DNA of 64,000 nt from an uncultured delta proteobacterium (GCA_963767925.1 CAVYGB010000008.1:2848001-2912000), one strand, 5' to 3'; positions 1-12,183 are shown, numbered from the stretch's first letter. Numbers and translations: made by a program. The notes: generated from the letters alone by a model not told the origin.

Positions 1-2
1 AC

Positions 3-281
3 CGGGAATATGCCCGCGCGGGGTGGGACAAGGTGCGCGCGGAGCGGACCCGTCTGCAGACCGCGCTGGAAGGACTGGGGTGGCAACCCATCCCCAGCCA
101 GGCCAACTTTCTCCTGGCGGCGGTGCCGGGCGGCGATGGCGGCGCGGTCTACCGCTACCTGAAGGAAAGAGGGATCCTGGTTCGATATTTCGCCCGACCG
201 GGCCTGACCGACATGGTCCGCATCACCATCGGCCGCCAGGACGAGAACGACGCGCTCCTGCGCGCGCTGCGGGACGCATGA
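3..281 (+). CDS. hisC: Histidinol-phosphate aminotransferase, C-terminal part (truncated by window start)
   Basis: PSQANFLL...GILVRYF...VRITIG..EN is the typical HisC C-terminus; TGA overlaps the next ATG (ATGA). Confidence 0.8.
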   Translation, partial: REYARAGWDKVRAERTRLQTALEGLGWQPIPSQANFLLAAVPGGDGGAVYRYLKERGILVRYFARPGLTDMVRITIGRQDENDALLRALRDA

Positions 282-1501
282 GCGTCATCGACCGGCCACG
301 CGAACGGCTGCTCGGCGCCCTGCTGGCGACGGCGGAGAAGCGGGGGGTCATGGCGCAGCCGACCGCCCTGCCCGACCTGCCCTGGATCACGCTCGTCGCC
401 TTGCCCGAGCTGGCCTCGGGCGTCGCCCTGTTCGAGCGGGGCGAGGTGGCCGCCCCCGAGCTGCGCTCGCGCCTCGACCGGGTGCTGGCGGCCCACGCCC
501 AGGGGGTCCTCTTCCTGGTGCTGGTGGGAGGCACCGCCCAGGACCGCGACATCCTCGAGGCGGCCGACCGGGACGCGCCCGATCCCAACCGCCTGGGCGT
601 CTACCACCTCGACGGCGGGGGCCGCTTCGAGCGGGTGGCCGGCCGGCGCTCCGGGCTGCTGGCCGAGGCCGGCCGCCGCGCCGGGCAGGCCACCCCCATC
701 GGCAACGACGAGCTGGCGGCGATCGCCGAGCGGATCCGCCACGAGCAACAGGAGGCGCTCAGCTTCGCCACCGCGCTCGAGAAGCGGCCCCAGACCGCGA
801 CCCGCCTGCTGGGCGCGGCCTGCATCCTGTATTACATCCTCTCGCAGATCTGGGGCGCCCAGGGCTTCGGCGAGGCGCTGGTGCGGATGGGGGCCAACAG
901 CGGCCCGCTGGTCGAGGAGGGCGAGCTATGGCGGTTGATCTCGCACGCCTTCTTGCACGGGAGCTTCTTTCACCTCGCGATAAACCTCGTCGCCCTCATC
1001 AGCTTCGGTGGCTTTCTCGAGGGCCTGCTGGGCTGGCGGCGCTACCTGCTGCTCTACGGCCTTTCGGCCCTGACCGGCGGGATCGCCAGCGCGCTGCTGG
1101 CAGGGGTGGTCCTGTCGGTCGGCGCCTCGGGCGCGATCTGGGGGCTGATGGCGGCGGGCGTCGGGCTGGTCTGGTTTCGACCGGCGCTCTTGCCGCGGGC
1201 GGTGGCGGCGCGGCTACGCCCGCGCTTGCTGGGCGTGCTGGTGCTGAACTCGGCGTTCTCCCTGTTGCCGCTGTTCCTGCCCGGCACGGTGCGGATCGAT
1301 CTGTATGCCCACGGCGGCGGCGGCCTCGTCGGATTCGCGCTGGCCGCCACCGGGCTGCTCACGCGCGGCCTGACCGACCCCGGCGCACGCGAGCCGGCGG
1401 CCTTGCGGATCGGCGCGGCGGGCATGTTGCTGCTGCTGGCGGCGGCGATCGGGCTGGCTCTGTTTACAGGGCAGCCCTGGCGGCAGTCAGGCGCTATATA
1501 G
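278..1501 (+). CDS. Rhomboid family intramembrane serine protease with N-terminal soluble extension
   Basis: WRLISHAFLHG, H..IN, catalytic GASG and AHGGG motifs, several TM helices; start at the ATGA overlap. Confidence 0.85.
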   Translation: MSVIDRPRERLLGALLATAEKRGVMAQPTALPDLPWITLVALPELASGVALFERGEVAAPELRSRLDRVLAAHAQGVLFLVLVGGTAQDRDILEAADRDAPDPNRLGVYHLDGGGRFERVAGRRSGLLAEAGRRAGQATPIGNDELAAIAERIRHEQQEALSFATALEKRPQTATRLLGAACILYYILSQIWGAQGFGEALVRMGANSGPLVEEGELWRLISHAFLHGSFFHLAINLVALISFGGFLEGLLGWRRYLLLYGLSALTGGIASALLAGVVLSVGASGAIWGLMAAGVGLVWFRPALLPRAVAARLRPRLLGVLVLNSAFSLLPLFLPGTVRIDLYAHGGGGLVGFALAATGLLTRGLTDPGAREPAALRIGAAGMLLLLAAAIGLALFTGQPWRQSGAI

Positions 1502-1532
1502 TTTGGAGGCGGTTGATCGCCGCCCGTCCACC

Positions 1533-2594
1533 ATGGCCAAGCCAGCGCAAGACGACGACGCCCGGGACGAGCGGGAGGGCGAGGGCGACGGCGCAGGCGA
1601 CGGCGAGGGCGAAGGCGACGGTGAAGACGAGGGGGAGCGGGACGGTCTGGTCCAGGTCATCGCCGAGCCCGAGGTTCTCCGCCGTCCCGGCCGCGAGGAG
1701 GCGGGGCCCGAGGAGCCGAGCCGGCTCGAGCCGCTGCGCAGCCCCCTGCACCGCTTCCTGGCCGAGACGCGCCGCTACCCGCGGCTGTCCGAGGAGGAGG
1801 AGAAGCGCCTCATCGGCGAGGTGCGCGGGCAGGGCGACACGCGGTCGGCCCGCACCCTCGTCGTGCACAACCTGCGCCTGGTCGTGAGCATCGCCTACCA
1901 GTACCGCCAGGCCTGGACCAACGTGCTCGACCTCATCCAGGAGGGGAGCGTGGGGCTGCTCGAGGCGGTCAAGCGCTGGGACCCCACCCTGGGGACCCGC
2001 TTCGGCTCGTACGCCGCCTACTGGATCCGGGCCTACATCCTCAAGTTCCTCATGACCAACGCGCGCCTCATCCACGTGGGCAACACGCGCGCCGGTCGCA
2101 AGCTGTTCTTCCGGCTGGAGCGCGAGCGGTCCAAGCTGCTGGCCGCCGGGTTCGATCCCACCCCCAAGCTGCTGGCCGCCAAGCTGGACGTGGACGTGGC
2201 CGACGTCGAGGAGGTCTCGGCCCACCTCGCGTCCCGGGAGATCTCGCTCGACCCCCGCCCCGACGACGAAGGCATCGCCCTCGAGGAGCGGCTGCCGGGC
2301 GCGGGCGCCTCCCCCGAGTCGCAGGCCGCCCGCAGCGAGCTGTCGGGCGCGGTGGCCGACCTCATGAAGAAGTTCGCCGCCGGCCTCACCGACCCGCGCG
2401 AGCGCGCCATCTGGCACGAGCACCTGTCGAGCGCGGACGACCCGGTGCCGCTGGGGGCCCTGGGGCAACGCTTCGGGGTGTCCAAGCAGCGCATGGGCCA
2501 GATCGCCGACAAGCTCAAGAAGCGCTTCCGGGAGGAGATCCTCCGGAGCCTCGGCACCGAGATCCAGCTCGAGTGGCAGCAGGAGGCGGACTAG
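1533..2594 (+). CDS. RNA polymerase sigma factor, RpoH/sigma-32-like
   Basis: LVVHNLRLVV, DLIQEG..GL, RFGSYAAYWIRAYI, RKLFFRL (RpoH-box-like), region 4 GVSKQR. Confidence 0.85.
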   Translation: MAKPAQDDDARDEREGEGDGAGDGEGEGDGEDEGERDGLVQVIAEPEVLRRPGREEAGPEEPSRLEPLRSPLHRFLAETRRYPRLSEEEEKRLIGEVRGQGDTRSARTLVVHNLRLVVSIAYQYRQAWTNVLDLIQEGSVGLLEAVKRWDPTLGTRFGSYAAYWIRAYILKFLMTNARLIHVGNTRAGRKLFFRLERERSKLLAAGFDPTPKLLAAKLDVDVADVEEVSAHLASREISLDPRPDDEGIALEERLPGAGASPESQAARSELSGAVADLMKKFAAGLTDPRERAIWHEHLSSADDPVPLGALGQRFGVSKQRMGQIADKLKKRFREEILRSLGTEIQLEWQQEAD

Positions 2595-2596
2595 CG

Positions 2597-3451
2597 GTGG
2601 CCAGCGAGCCGCCCTGCCCGCCGGCGACGTCGCCCTTCGAGGTGGTGGCGGTGCGGGTGGAGGCCGAGGCCGGCTGGGTCTCGACCGCGGCAGCCGACAC
2701 CCTGGCGGTCGAGGCGCCGCTCGAGATCCGCACGCCGGGCAGCTCCTCGATCACGATGCGCACCCCGGGCGCCGATCGGGAGCTGGCGATCGGCTTCCTG
2801 TTCTCCGAGGGCATCGTGCGCCACGCCGCCGAGGTGGCCGCCATCGCCGAGCTCGAGCCCGATCTCGTCGAGATCGATCTGACCGGGCCGGCGCGGGAGC
2901 GGGCGGCCGGCCGCGAGCGGCGCACAACCATCACCTCCGCCTGCGGGGCCTGCGGCAAGGCCACCCGGGCCGACGCCCTCCGCCTCGAGCCCCCCTTTCC
3001 CCCGCCGCGGTCCGACCGCCCGCGGCTGACGCCCGCGCTCATCGTCTCCCTGCCCGACCGGCTGCGGGCGGCGCAACCGGCCTTCGCCCGCACCGGAGGG
3101 CTGCACGCGGCCGGGCTGTTCGACGCCTGGGGGACCGCGCTGCTGGTGCGCGAGGACGTCGGCCGCCACAACGCCGTCGACAAGGTGATCGGGGCCCGCC
3201 TGCTGAGCGGAGGCCTGCCCGCCAGCAACCACCTGCTGGTTGTGAGCGGCCGGGCCAGCTTCGAGCTGGTGCAGAAGGCGATCCTGGCCGGGATCCCGGT
3301 GCTGGCGGCGGTGGGCGCCCCCTCCACCCTGGCGGTCGAGCTGGCCAGCGCCCACGGGCTGACCTTGCTGGGGTTCGTGCGCGACGGGCGCTTCAACATC
3401 TACAGCCAGGGAGACCGCGTCGACCTCTCGGTCGACCGGCGCGGCGCATGA
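2597..3451 (+). CDS. fdhD: Formate dehydrogenase accessory sulfurtransferase FdhD
   Basis: TMRTPG..ELAIGFL, SACGACG, TGGLHAA, REDVGRHNAVDK, SGRASFELVQK; AGGAGG upstream of the GTG. Confidence 0.93.
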   Translation: MASEPPCPPATSPFEVVAVRVEAEAGWVSTAAADTLAVEAPLEIRTPGSSSITMRTPGADRELAIGFLFSEGIVRHAAEVAAIAELEPDLVEIDLTGPARERAAGRERRTTITSACGACGKATRADALRLEPPFPPPRSDRPRLTPALIVSLPDRLRAAQPAFARTGGLHAAGLFDAWGTALLVREDVGRHNAVDKVIGARLLSGGLPASNHLLVVSGRASFELVQKAILAGIPVLAAVGAPSTLAVELASAHGLTLLGFVRDGRFNIYSQGDRVDLSVDRRGA

Positions 3452-5766
3452 GCGGGGGTGGCCCGGAGCGGCCCCCGGAACAGACCCCCGACGACAGCGG
3501 CGACGTCCGCACCGGTGAGCCGGCCGCGGCGGCCGGTGGGCTGGGCGCCATCACCGCCACCCTGGCGCACGTGCTGGCCGGTCCCGGCCTCGTCCGCGGC
3601 GTGCGCGCGCTGGCGGCGATGAACCAGCGGGAGGGCTTCGACTGCCCCGGCTGCGCCTGGCCCGAGCCGGGTGGTGACACCGGCGTCCGCAGCGAGCTCG
3701 AGTTTTGCGAGAACGGGGCCAAGGCCATCGCCTCCGAGACCGCGCGCGGCCGGCTCGACGCCGCGTTCTTCGCGCAGCACAGCGTCGCCGACCTGGCCGG
3801 CCGATCCGACCACTGGCTGGCGGCGCAGGGGCGCCTGACCGAGCCGCTCGTGCGCGGGCCCGGCGACGAGCACTACCGCCCCATCGGCTGGCCGGAGGCC
3901 TTCGAGCTGGTGGCGCAGGAGGTGCGGGCCCTGGCCTCGCCCGACGAGGCGGTGTTCTACACCTCGGGGCGGACCAGCAACGAGGCGGCCTTCCTGTACC
4001 AGCTCTTCGTGCGCCAGCTCGGCACCAACAACCTCCCCGACTGCTCCGACATGTGCCACGAGTCGAGCGGGGTGGCCCTGCGCGAGTCGATCGGCGCGGG
4101 CAAGGGGACCGTCCAGCTCGCCGACTTCGACGAGGCCGACGCCATCTTCGTCATCGGCCAGAACCCCGGCACCAACCACCCCCGCATGCTGGGCACCCTG
4201 CAGGCCGCCGCCCGCCGCGGCTGCCGCATCGTCAGCATCAACCCCCTGGCCGAGGCGGGCCTCGTGCGCTTCCGGCACCCCCAGAACCCCCTCGAGATCC
4301 TGGGACCCGGGACCCGCATGGCGGCCCTGCACCTGCCGGTGCGCATCGGCGGCGACATCGCCCTCCTCAAGGCGCTGGCCAAGGAGCTGCTGGAAGAGGA
4401 GGCGCGTCACCCCGGCACGGTGCTCGACCGGGCCTTCATCGCCGCCGGCACCGAGGGGTTCCAGGCCTTCGCCGACGACATCGCCGCCGAGCCCTGGGCC
4501 GAGCTGCTCGAGGAGAGCGGGATCGCCCGCCCCCTTGTGCGCCAGGCGGCCGAGGTGCTGCTGGGCGCGCGCCGGGTGATCGCCTGCTGGGCCATGGGGT
4601 TGACCCAGCACCGCCACGGGGTGGCCAACATCCAGGGTGTGGTCAACCTGTTGCTACTCGGTGGGCACATCGGCCGGCCGGGGGCGGGGGTCTGCCCGGT
4701 GCGGGGCCACAGCAACGTCCAGGGCGACCGCACCATGGGGATCTTCGAGCACGTCGACGAGCCGTTCTTCGGCCGGCTGGGGCAACGCTTCGGCTTCTCC
4801 CCGCCGCGCCGGCCCGGGTTCGACACGGTGAAGACCATCCACGCCATGGTGGAGGGCCGGGTGGGCGTGTTCTTCGCGCTGGGGGGCAACTTCCTCTCGG
4901 CCACCCCCGACACCGCGCAGACCGCCGCCGGCCTGGCCCGCTGCCGGTTGACCGCCCACGTCTCCACCAAGCTCAACCGGTCGCACCTGGTGACCGGCCG
5001 GACCGCCCTCATCTTGCCGTGCCTGGGGCGCAGCGAGCAGGACGTCACGGCGGCCGGCGCGCAGTTCGTGACGGTCGAGGACTCGATGAGCATCGTCCAC
5101 CGCTCGCGCGGGACCTTGCCCCCGGCGGGGCCGGCCCTGCGCAGCGAGCCGGCCATCGTGGCCGGCCTGGCCCGCGCCGTCCTCGGCGATCGCAGCCGGG
5201 TCCCCTGGGAGGATCTCGTCACCGACTACGACCGGATCCGCGACGAGATCGCGGCCGTGATCCCCGGCTTCGAGGACTTCAACCGCCGGGTCCGCGGGGG
5301 CGACGGCTTCGTGTTGCCCAACCCGGCGCGCGAGCGGCGCTTCGCCACCGGCTCGGGGCGGGCCCACTTCGTCGTGCACCCCCGGCCGCGCATCGCGCTC
5401 GCGCCGGGCCAGCTCCTCATGATGACCATCCGGAGCCACGACCAGTTCAACACGACGGTCTACGGCCTCGACGACCGCTATCGGGGGATACGGGGGGGCC
5501 GGCGGGTGGTCCTGATGTCGCCCGAGGACATCGCCGCCCTCGGCCGCCAGCCGGGCGAGGTGGTGGATCTGTGCAGCCACTTCGACGGCCAGGTCCGGGT
5601 GGCGCGCCGTTTCGTCGTGGTTTCCTATCCGATCCCGCGTGGTTGCGCCGCGACCTATTTCCCCGAGGCCAACCCCCTCGTTCCGCTCGACGCCGTGGCC
5701 GCCAAGAGCAACACCCCCGCCTCCAAGTCGGTGGTGATCACGCTGCACGATCCCGCCGTCGCCTGA
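3448..5766 (+). CDS. FdhF/YdeP family molybdopterin oxidoreductase
   Basis: GFDCPGCAWP, EFCENGAKA, FYTSGRTSNE, TNNLPDCS.MCHE, VRGHSNVQGDRT, TIRSHDQFNTT. Confidence 0.93.
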   Translation: MSGGGPERPPEQTPDDSGDVRTGEPAAAAGGLGAITATLAHVLAGPGLVRGVRALAAMNQREGFDCPGCAWPEPGGDTGVRSELEFCENGAKAIASETARGRLDAAFFAQHSVADLAGRSDHWLAAQGRLTEPLVRGPGDEHYRPIGWPEAFELVAQEVRALASPDEAVFYTSGRTSNEAAFLYQLFVRQLGTNNLPDCSDMCHESSGVALRESIGAGKGTVQLADFDEADAIFVIGQNPGTNHPRMLGTLQAAARRGCRIVSINPLAEAGLVRFRHPQNPLEILGPGTRMAALHLPVRIGGDIALLKALAKELLEEEARHPGTVLDRAFIAAGTEGFQAFADDIAAEPWAELLEESGIARPLVRQAAEVLLGARRVIACWAMGLTQHRHGVANIQGVVNLLLLGGHIGRPGAGVCPVRGHSNVQGDRTMGIFEHVDEPFFGRLGQRFGFSPPRRPGFDTVKTIHAMVEGRVGVFFALGGNFLSATPDTAQTAAGLARCRLTAHVSTKLNRSHLVTGRTALILPCLGRSEQDVTAAGAQFVTVEDSMSIVHRSRGTLPPAGPALRSEPAIVAGLARAVLGDRSRVPWEDLVTDYDRIRDEIAAVIPGFEDFNRRVRGGDGFVLPNPARERRFATGSGRAHFVVHPRPRIALAPGQLLMMTIRSHDQFNTTVYGLDDRYRGIRGGRRVVLMSPEDIAALGRQPGEVVDLCSHFDGQVRVARRFVVVSYPIPRGCAATYFPEANPLVPLDAVAAKSNTPASKSVVITLHDPAVA

Positions 5767-5799
5767 GCGGCGGACGCGGCGACGTGTTATCCACCGGGC

Positions 5800-6075
5800 A
5801 TGGAGCACGTCGAAGAGCGAGAGTTCGTCGTCCGCCTGGAGATCCGCTGCGCGTTCCCGGAGGACTACGATGGCGACGAGGACGGTTACGCCTGGTACGA
5901 GGCATTTCGCCCCATCGCCAACGAGATCGCCCGCGCCGCCGCGACCGCCGTCCGCGAACGTCCAGGCTGGCGCGTTCGGCCCGGAAACCGGGGTCGCCCT
6001 GCCGACGAGGAGATCCTCCTCATAGTCGACCGGGTCGTATCGACCGATCCCGGGCCCTCAACGCCGATAAGATAA
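5800..6075 (+). CDS. Small acidic hypothetical protein
   Basis: Compact ORF with plausible codon usage directly after the YdeP gene; FPEDYDGDEDGYAW motif. Confidence 0.65.
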   Translation: MEHVEEREFVVRLEIRCAFPEDYDGDEDGYAWYEAFRPIANEIARAAATAVRERPGWRVRPGNRGRPADEEILLIVDRVVSTDPGPSTPIR

Positions 6076-6117
6076 TGTGTTGCTGATCTAACGAAATAAT
6101 TATTGGAACATTACTGT

Positions 6118-6324
6118 TTAGTTATTTTGCCGCTTTACGTTCGATGCGTGGAGTCCTTTCGGACCCTGCACGATCTCGAATTCCACCAACTGACCCTGGC
6201 TCAGCGATCGGTACCCATCGGCCTCGATTGCGGAATAGTGCACGAATACGTCCTCCTCCCCGTCCCGCGCGATGAACCCATACCCCTTGGAATCACTGAA
6301 CCACTTCACCTTACCGGTTGCCAT
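6118..6324 (-). CDS. cspA: Cold-shock protein (CspA family)
   Basis: [21 protein letters not shown] motifs; GGAGG RBS. Confidence 0.95.
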   Translation of the reverse strand: MATGKVKWFSDSKGYGFIARDGEEDVFVHYSAIEADGYRSLSQGQLVEFEIVQGPKGLHASNVKRQNN

Positions 6325-6502
6325 TCACGACCCTCCTACTAACAACGAACTGCGATCGATTTCTGTCCCGGACGCTCCCCCTTTTCGAGAGGCTAGCAAC
6401 GGCAGGAAAGTATCGGGCTTCCAGAGCCTGTCAAGGGTCAAAACGAAAGGACAGGTGCGCCGCCAGGCGGCGTGATCTCCGACGGAAACCGATCGACCAA
6501 CC

Positions 6503-7153
6503 TTAGTTCTGCGCCAGGAGGCGAGCAAGAAACGCCGTTGTTTCAGCTTCTGGATCGACGGCGCTCGCAATGGCCCTGATGCACGCGACGCCGGCGGCGC
6601 CCGCCGCCCGGCACAGCGGGGCGGCGTCGGCGGTGATCCCGCCCAGGGCCAGCACGGGCATCGGCGAGAGCGCGCACGCCGCCGCCAGCGCCGAGAGGCC
6701 GCGCGCGGCGAGCAAACCCTGTTTGCTCGGCGTCTCGAACACCGGACCGAACACGACGAAGTCGGCGCCCGCCCGCGCCGCCGCCGCCACCTCATCGAGA
6801 GTGTGCGTGGACACACCGACGCGCAGCCCGGGTGCGAGCGCGCGCACCTGCCCCGGATCGAGGCCGTCCGCGGGGAGGTGAACCCCCTGCGCGCCCGCGG
6901 CCAGGGCCACGTCGATCCGCCCGTTGACGAACAGCTCGGCGCCCGCCGCCCGGGTCAGCGCGGCAATCTCGCGGGCCAGCCCGGACAGCTCGGCGATCGG
7001 GAGGTCCTTCTCGCGGAGCGACACGGCGAGCGGCGACGTGCCGTCGGCGCGGCGGAAGCGGCTCGCGCCGCGCAGGGCGGCCGCGACGACCGCCGCCAGG
7101 GGGCGGCCGCCGGTCGCCCGCCGATCGGTGATGAGGTAGATCGCCGGCGCCAC
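6503..7153 (-). CDS. thiE: Thiamine-phosphate synthase
   Basis: YLITD, LREK, GVHL, GVSTH, FGPVFETPSK, ALGGI; downstream of thiG. Confidence 0.88.
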   Translation of the reverse strand: MAPAIYLITDRRATGGRPLAAVVAAALRGASRFRRADGTSPLAVSLREKDLPIAELSGLAREIAALTRAAGAELFVNGRIDVALAAGAQGVHLPADGLDPGQVRALAPGLRVGVSTHTLDEVAAAARAGADFVVFGPVFETPSKQGLLAARGLSALAAACALSPMPVLALGGITADAAPLCRAAGAAGVACIRAIASAVDPEAETTAFLARLLAQN

Positions 7154-7163
7154 GGGCCGGGCG

Positions 7164-8159
<996 letters not shown>

Positions 8160-8208
8160 CGGTGGTAGAGAATAGTCGGGAGCGCCTCCGCGCGCATCCT
8201 TCCCTCCC

Positions 8209-8676
8209 ATGCGCTGCCCTTTTTGCCAGGCGATCGAAGACAAGGTCGTGGACACCCGACCGAGCGACAACGAGCAGGTCATCCGCCGGCGGCGCGAGTG
8301 CGTCGGCTGCAGCCGCCGCTTCACCACTTACGAGCGGGTCGAGGAGATGCTGCCCCTGGTCGTGAAGAAGGACGGCCGCCGCGAGCCGTTCGACCGGGCC
8401 AAGCTGCTGGCCGGCCTGCAGAAGGCCTGCGAGAAGCGGCCGGTCCCGATCGAGGCCTTGACCGCCGAGGTCGACTCCGTCGAACGGTCCCTGGTCGAGC
8501 TGGGTGAAAAGGAGGTGCCCTCCTCCAAGCTCGGCGACGCCAGCCTGACAGCCCTGCGGCGGCTTGACGACGTGGCCTATCTCCGGTTCGCCTCGGTCTA
8601 CCTGTCGTTCCGGGACGCGGGGGAGCTGATGCGGGAGGTGCAGCGGGTGCTGGCGTCCAAGGGCACCCCGCCGTGA
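8209..8676 (+). CDS. nrdR: Transcriptional repressor NrdR
   Basis: MRCPFC, RRRREC..C..RFTTYE, ATP-cone, [10 protein letters not shown]. Confidence 0.96.
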   Translation: MRCPFCQAIEDKVVDTRPSDNEQVIRRRRECVGCSRRFTTYERVEEMLPLVVKKDGRREPFDRAKLLAGLQKACEKRPVPIEALTAEVDSVERSLVELGEKEVPSSKLGDASLTALRRLDDVAYLRFASVYLSFRDAGELMREVQRVLASKGTPP

Positions 8677-9863
8677 GCGGCGCGCGCCGCGCGGCCACAG
8701 CTTCCGAGCTCTCGCAGGCCGACCGGCGGTTCATGGGCCAGGCCCTCCGGCTGGCAGAGCGCGGCCGCGGCACCACCCGCCCCAACCCGGTCGTGGGGGC
8801 GGTGCTGGTGGCGGGCGGGCGGGTGATCGCCCGCGGCTACCACGCGCGGGCTGGCGGGCCCCACGCCGAGATCGTCGCCCTCGACGCGGCGGGCGGCCGG
8901 GCCCGGGGGGCGACCCTCTACGTGACCCTCGAGCCGTGTTGCCACGTCGGGCGCACGGGGCCCTGCACCGACCGGCTGCGGGCAGCCGGGCTCAAGCGGG
9001 TGGTCGTCGGCTGCATCGACGAGAACCCGCGGATGGCGGGCCAGGGGGTGACCCGCCTGCGCCGGGCCGGGCTGCGGGTCGACGTCGGCTGCCTGGAGGC
9101 GGAATGCCGGGCGGCCAACCGGGCCTTCTTCGTCTGGATAACGCAGCAGCGCCCGCTGGTCACCCTCAAGGCGGCCACCACCCTCGACGGGTTCATCGCC
9201 CCCGCGGCGCCACTGCGATCGGGCGCCGTCCACTGGATCACGGGTGAGCCGGCCCGGCAGGAGGCGCACGCCCTGCGGGTCGAGCACGACGCCATCCTCG
9301 TCGGCGCCGGGACGGTGCTGGCCGACGACCCCCGCCTGACCGCGCGGCCGGGCGGGCGCCGGGGCCCGCCGATCTTGCGGGTGGTGCTCGACGGGCGGCT
9401 CCGCACCCCACCGCGCGCCCGCCTGCTCGCCGAGCGGGGGGGGCCACCTCCCTTGATCGTGGGGACGACCGGCAGCGGCCGCCGCGACGGCCAGGCCCGG
9501 CGCCAGGCGGCCCTCGAGGCGGCGGGGGCGGAGGTGCTCCTGCTGCCGGGCGGACGGAACCGGCGGGTGCCCCTGCCCCGCTTGCTGCGGGTCCTCGCTC
9601 GCCGGGAGGTGCAGGCGCTGCTCGTCGAGGGGGGCAGCCGGGTCCACAACGCCTTCATCGTCGGGCGGCTTGTCGACCGGGTGGCGTTCTTCTTCGCGCC
9701 CCGCCTGCAGGGGGCGGGGGTGCCGCTGTCGGCGGGCGAGCGGGGGCTGCCCTGGTCGGATCCCCTCCGGCTGGGCCCCGTCGAGGTGCGGCGTTTTTCG
9801 GGTGATATACTCCTTTCGGCTGACGTGCTCCCCGTCGGGAAACCGTCGCTCGTGAGGGACTGA
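8673..9863 (+). CDS. ribD: Bifunctional riboflavin deaminase/reductase RibD
   Basis: [33 protein letters not shown]. Confidence 0.95.
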   Translation: MSGARRAATASELSQADRRFMGQALRLAERGRGTTRPNPVVGAVLVAGGRVIARGYHARAGGPHAEIVALDAAGGRARGATLYVTLEPCCHVGRTGPCTDRLRAAGLKRVVVGCIDENPRMAGQGVTRLRRAGLRVDVGCLEAECRAANRAFFVWITQQRPLVTLKAATTLDGFIAPAAPLRSGAVHWITGEPARQEAHALRVEHDAILVGAGTVLADDPRLTARPGGRRGPPILRVVLDGRLRTPPRARLLAERGGPPPLIVGTTGSGRRDGQARRQAALEAAGAEVLLLPGGRNRRVPLPRLLRVLARREVQALLVEGGSRVHNAFIVGRLVDRVAFFFAPRLQGAGVPLSAGERGLPWSDPLRLGPVEVRRFSGDILLSADVLPVGKPSLVRD

Positions 9864-9864
9864 C

Positions 9865-10500
9865 ATGTTCACCGGCATCGTCGAAGCGCAGGGACGCGTC
9901 GAGGGGCTGCGCGCGCAGCGCCTGTCGATCTCGACCACCCTCGACCTGCGGACGGTGCCCCACGGCGGGTCGATCGCGGTCAGCGGCGTCTGCCTGACCG
10001 TCGTCGCGCGCCGCGCCCGGCGCCCGGGCTGGACCTTCGAGGCCGACCTGGGCCCCGAGACCCTGGCCCGCACCACCCTCGGCGAGCGCCAGGCCGGCGA
10101 CCCGGTCCACCTCGAGCGCCCGCTGCGGGTGGGCGATCCCCTCGGTGGGCACCTGGTGGCCGGGCACGTCGACGGGGTGGGCCGCCTGCGCAAGGCCATC
10201 CGCCGGGGCGAGGCCCTCGAGCTCGAGGTGGCCGCGCCCGCGCAGATCGCTGGCTACCTGACGCCGAAGGGCTCGGTGACCATCGACGGGGTCAGCCTCA
10301 CCGTCAACAAGGTTGCCGGGCGGACCTTCTCGGTCACGCTCATCCCCCACACCCTGGCCGTGACCCACCTCGGCGCCCTGCCGACCGGAGCCCGCGTCAA
10401 CCTCGAGGCAGATATGCTCGCCAAGCAGGTGGCGCGCTTGCTCGATCGGCGCCGGACCGCAAGAACCCCCAGCAACGGGAGAGCCCGCCGTGTCATCTGA
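9865..10500 (+). CDS. ribE: Riboflavin synthase (alpha chain)
   Basis: MFTGI N-terminus, [32 protein letters not shown]. Confidence 0.95.
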   Translation: MFTGIVEAQGRVEGLRAQRLSISTTLDLRTVPHGGSIAVSGVCLTVVARRARRPGWTFEADLGPETLARTTLGERQAGDPVHLERPLRVGDPLGGHLVAGHVDGVGRLRKAIRRGEALELEVAAPAQIAGYLTPKGSVTIDGVSLTVNKVAGRTFSVTLIPHTLAVTHLGALPTGARVNLEADMLAKQVARLLDRRRTARTPSNGRARRVI

Positions 10501-11689
10501 AGCCCCAACGCCCCACCTGAACATCGACGCCGCCATCGCCCAGATCCGGGCCGGGCGCATGGTCGTCGTCGTCGACGACGAGGACCGGGAGAACGAGGGC
10601 GACCTCACCATGGCCGCCGACCTCGTCACGCCCGAGGCGGTAAACTTCATGGCCCGGCTGGGCCGGGGGTTGATCTGCCTGTCGCTCACCGAGGACAAGG
10701 TCACGACGCTCGGCTTGCCGATGATGACCCACGAGAACCGCTCGCCGCGCGGCACCGCCTTCACGGTCAGCATCGACGCCCGCCACGGCATCACCACCGG
10801 CATCTCGGCCCGGGAGCGGGCCCACACCATCCTCACGGCGGTGTCCCCGACGGCCACCGGCGGTGACCTCGTCACGCCCGGGCACATCTTCCCCCTGCGC
10901 GGTCGCCGGGGTGGCGTGCTGGTGCGCTCCGGCCACACCGAGGCGGCCATCGACCTGGCACGGCTGGCGGGGCGCGAGCCGGCCGGCGTGATCTGCGAGA
11001 TCATGCGGGAGGACGGCGAGATGGCCCGGCTGCCGGATCTGGAGCGCTTCGCCGCCGATCACGGGCTGGGCATCGTTCGCATCGCCGATCTCATCCAGCA
11101 CCGTCTCTCGCGCGAGCTGCTGGTGCGGCGGGTGCGCGAGGGGACCGTCCGCCCGCGCGGACCGGGGCTGACCAAGGAATATCGGGCCATCGTGTACGCC
11201 ACCGACGTGGAGGACACGCAATACCTGGCCCTGGTGCTGGGGGATCTCCGGCCCGACACACCGACCCTGGTGCGGGTGCAGAGCGCGCGGGTGGCGCGGG
11301 ACGTGTTCGGGCTGCTGAACGAGGGCCCCACCCCCGCCTCCTGGCTGCGCATGATCGAGGAGGAGGGGCGGGGCGTGTTCCTCTACGTGGTGGCCGGGGG
11401 CGGCTTCGACCTGGGCCTGGACCTGCCGAACGTCCCGGCGGCGCCCGCCGAGGCGGGCGCGCCAGGGGGACCCGGCCCGGCCGAGGCGATGCCCCTGCCG
11501 GGGACGCCGCTGCGCGACTTCGGCCTGGGGGCCCAGGTGCTCGCCCACCTCGGCGTCCGGGCGGTCCGGTTGCTCACCAACAAACCGCGCCGTATCGCCG
11601 GCCTGGACGGATACGGCATCCACGTCACCGAGTGCGTTCCCAGCCGCTCGCCCGCTGTGGTAGTCCCTCTGCGAGAGGAACAAGGCTGA
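10490..11689 (+). CDS. ribB: DHBP synthase RibB fused to a degenerate GTP cyclohydrolase II-like domain (RibBX type)
   Basis: [33 protein letters not shown]-domain keeps RDFGLGAQ and LLTN but lacks the RVHSEC...CDC cysteines. Confidence 0.9.
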   Translation: MSSEAPTPHLNIDAAIAQIRAGRMVVVVDDEDRENEGDLTMAADLVTPEAVNFMARLGRGLICLSLTEDKVTTLGLPMMTHENRSPRGTAFTVSIDARHGITTGISARERAHTILTAVSPTATGGDLVTPGHIFPLRGRRGGVLVRSGHTEAAIDLARLAGREPAGVICEIMREDGEMARLPDLERFAADHGLGIVRIADLIQHRLSRELLVRRVREGTVRPRGPGLTKEYRAIVYATDVEDTQYLALVLGDLRPDTPTLVRVQSARVARDVFGLLNEGPTPASWLRMIEEEGRGVFLYVVAGGGFDLGLDLPNVPAAPAEAGAPGGPGPAEAMPLPGTPLRDFGLGAQVLAHLGVRAVRLLTNKPRRIAGLDGYGIHVTECVPSRSPAVVVPLREEQG

Positions 11690-12183
11690 TGCCGACCACC
11701 CACGAAGGCGCCCTGCGCGCCGACGGCAAGCGCTTCGCGGTCATCGCCGCCCGCTTCAACGACTTCATCGTCGACAAGCTGGTCGAGGGTGCCCTCGGCG
11801 CCCTCCGCCGGGCCGGGGCCGCCGACGAGGACGTGGAGGTCTTCCGCTGCCCGGGGGCCTTCGAGATCCCGGCGGTGCTGCGCCTGGTGGCCGACTCGGG
11901 GCGCTTCGCCGGAGCGATCTGCCTGGGGGTCGTCATCCGGGGGGCCACGCCGCACTTCGATCTGGTGGTGGGCGAGAGCACCTCGGGCATCGCCCGCGTC
12001 GCCGCCGAGGCTAAGCTGGCCGTCGGGCTGGGCGTGCTGGCCTGCGAGACCATCGAGCAGGCGATCGAGCGGGCGGGCAGCAAGGCCGGTAACCGCGGGG
12101 CCGACGCCGCCCTCGTCGCGGTCGAGATGGCCAACCTGTTGGCCGGGACCGCGGGGAAACCGCGGCCGGCGTCGCAGCGTTGA
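11689..12183 (+). CDS. ribH: 6,7-dimethyl-8-ribityllumazine synthase
   Basis: ARFN, PGAFEIP, LGVVIRGATPHF, QAIERAG.KAGN. Confidence 0.95.
   Translation: MPTTHEGALRADGKRFAVIAARFNDFIVDKLVEGALGALRRAGAADEDVEVFRCPGAFEIPAVLRLVADSGRFAGAICLGVVIRGATPHFDLVVGESTSGIARVAAEAKLAVGLGVLACETIEQAIERAGSKAGNRGADAALVAVEMANLLAGTAGKPRPASQR

Noticed and set aside
1560..1645. GAGGGC/GACGGC repeat as a separate element
   Set aside because: It encodes the acidic Gly/Glu/Asp N-terminal tail of the sigma factor
3448..5766. Selenocysteine formate dehydrogenase
   Set aside because: No in-frame TGA; YdeP-type with Cys (MCHE)
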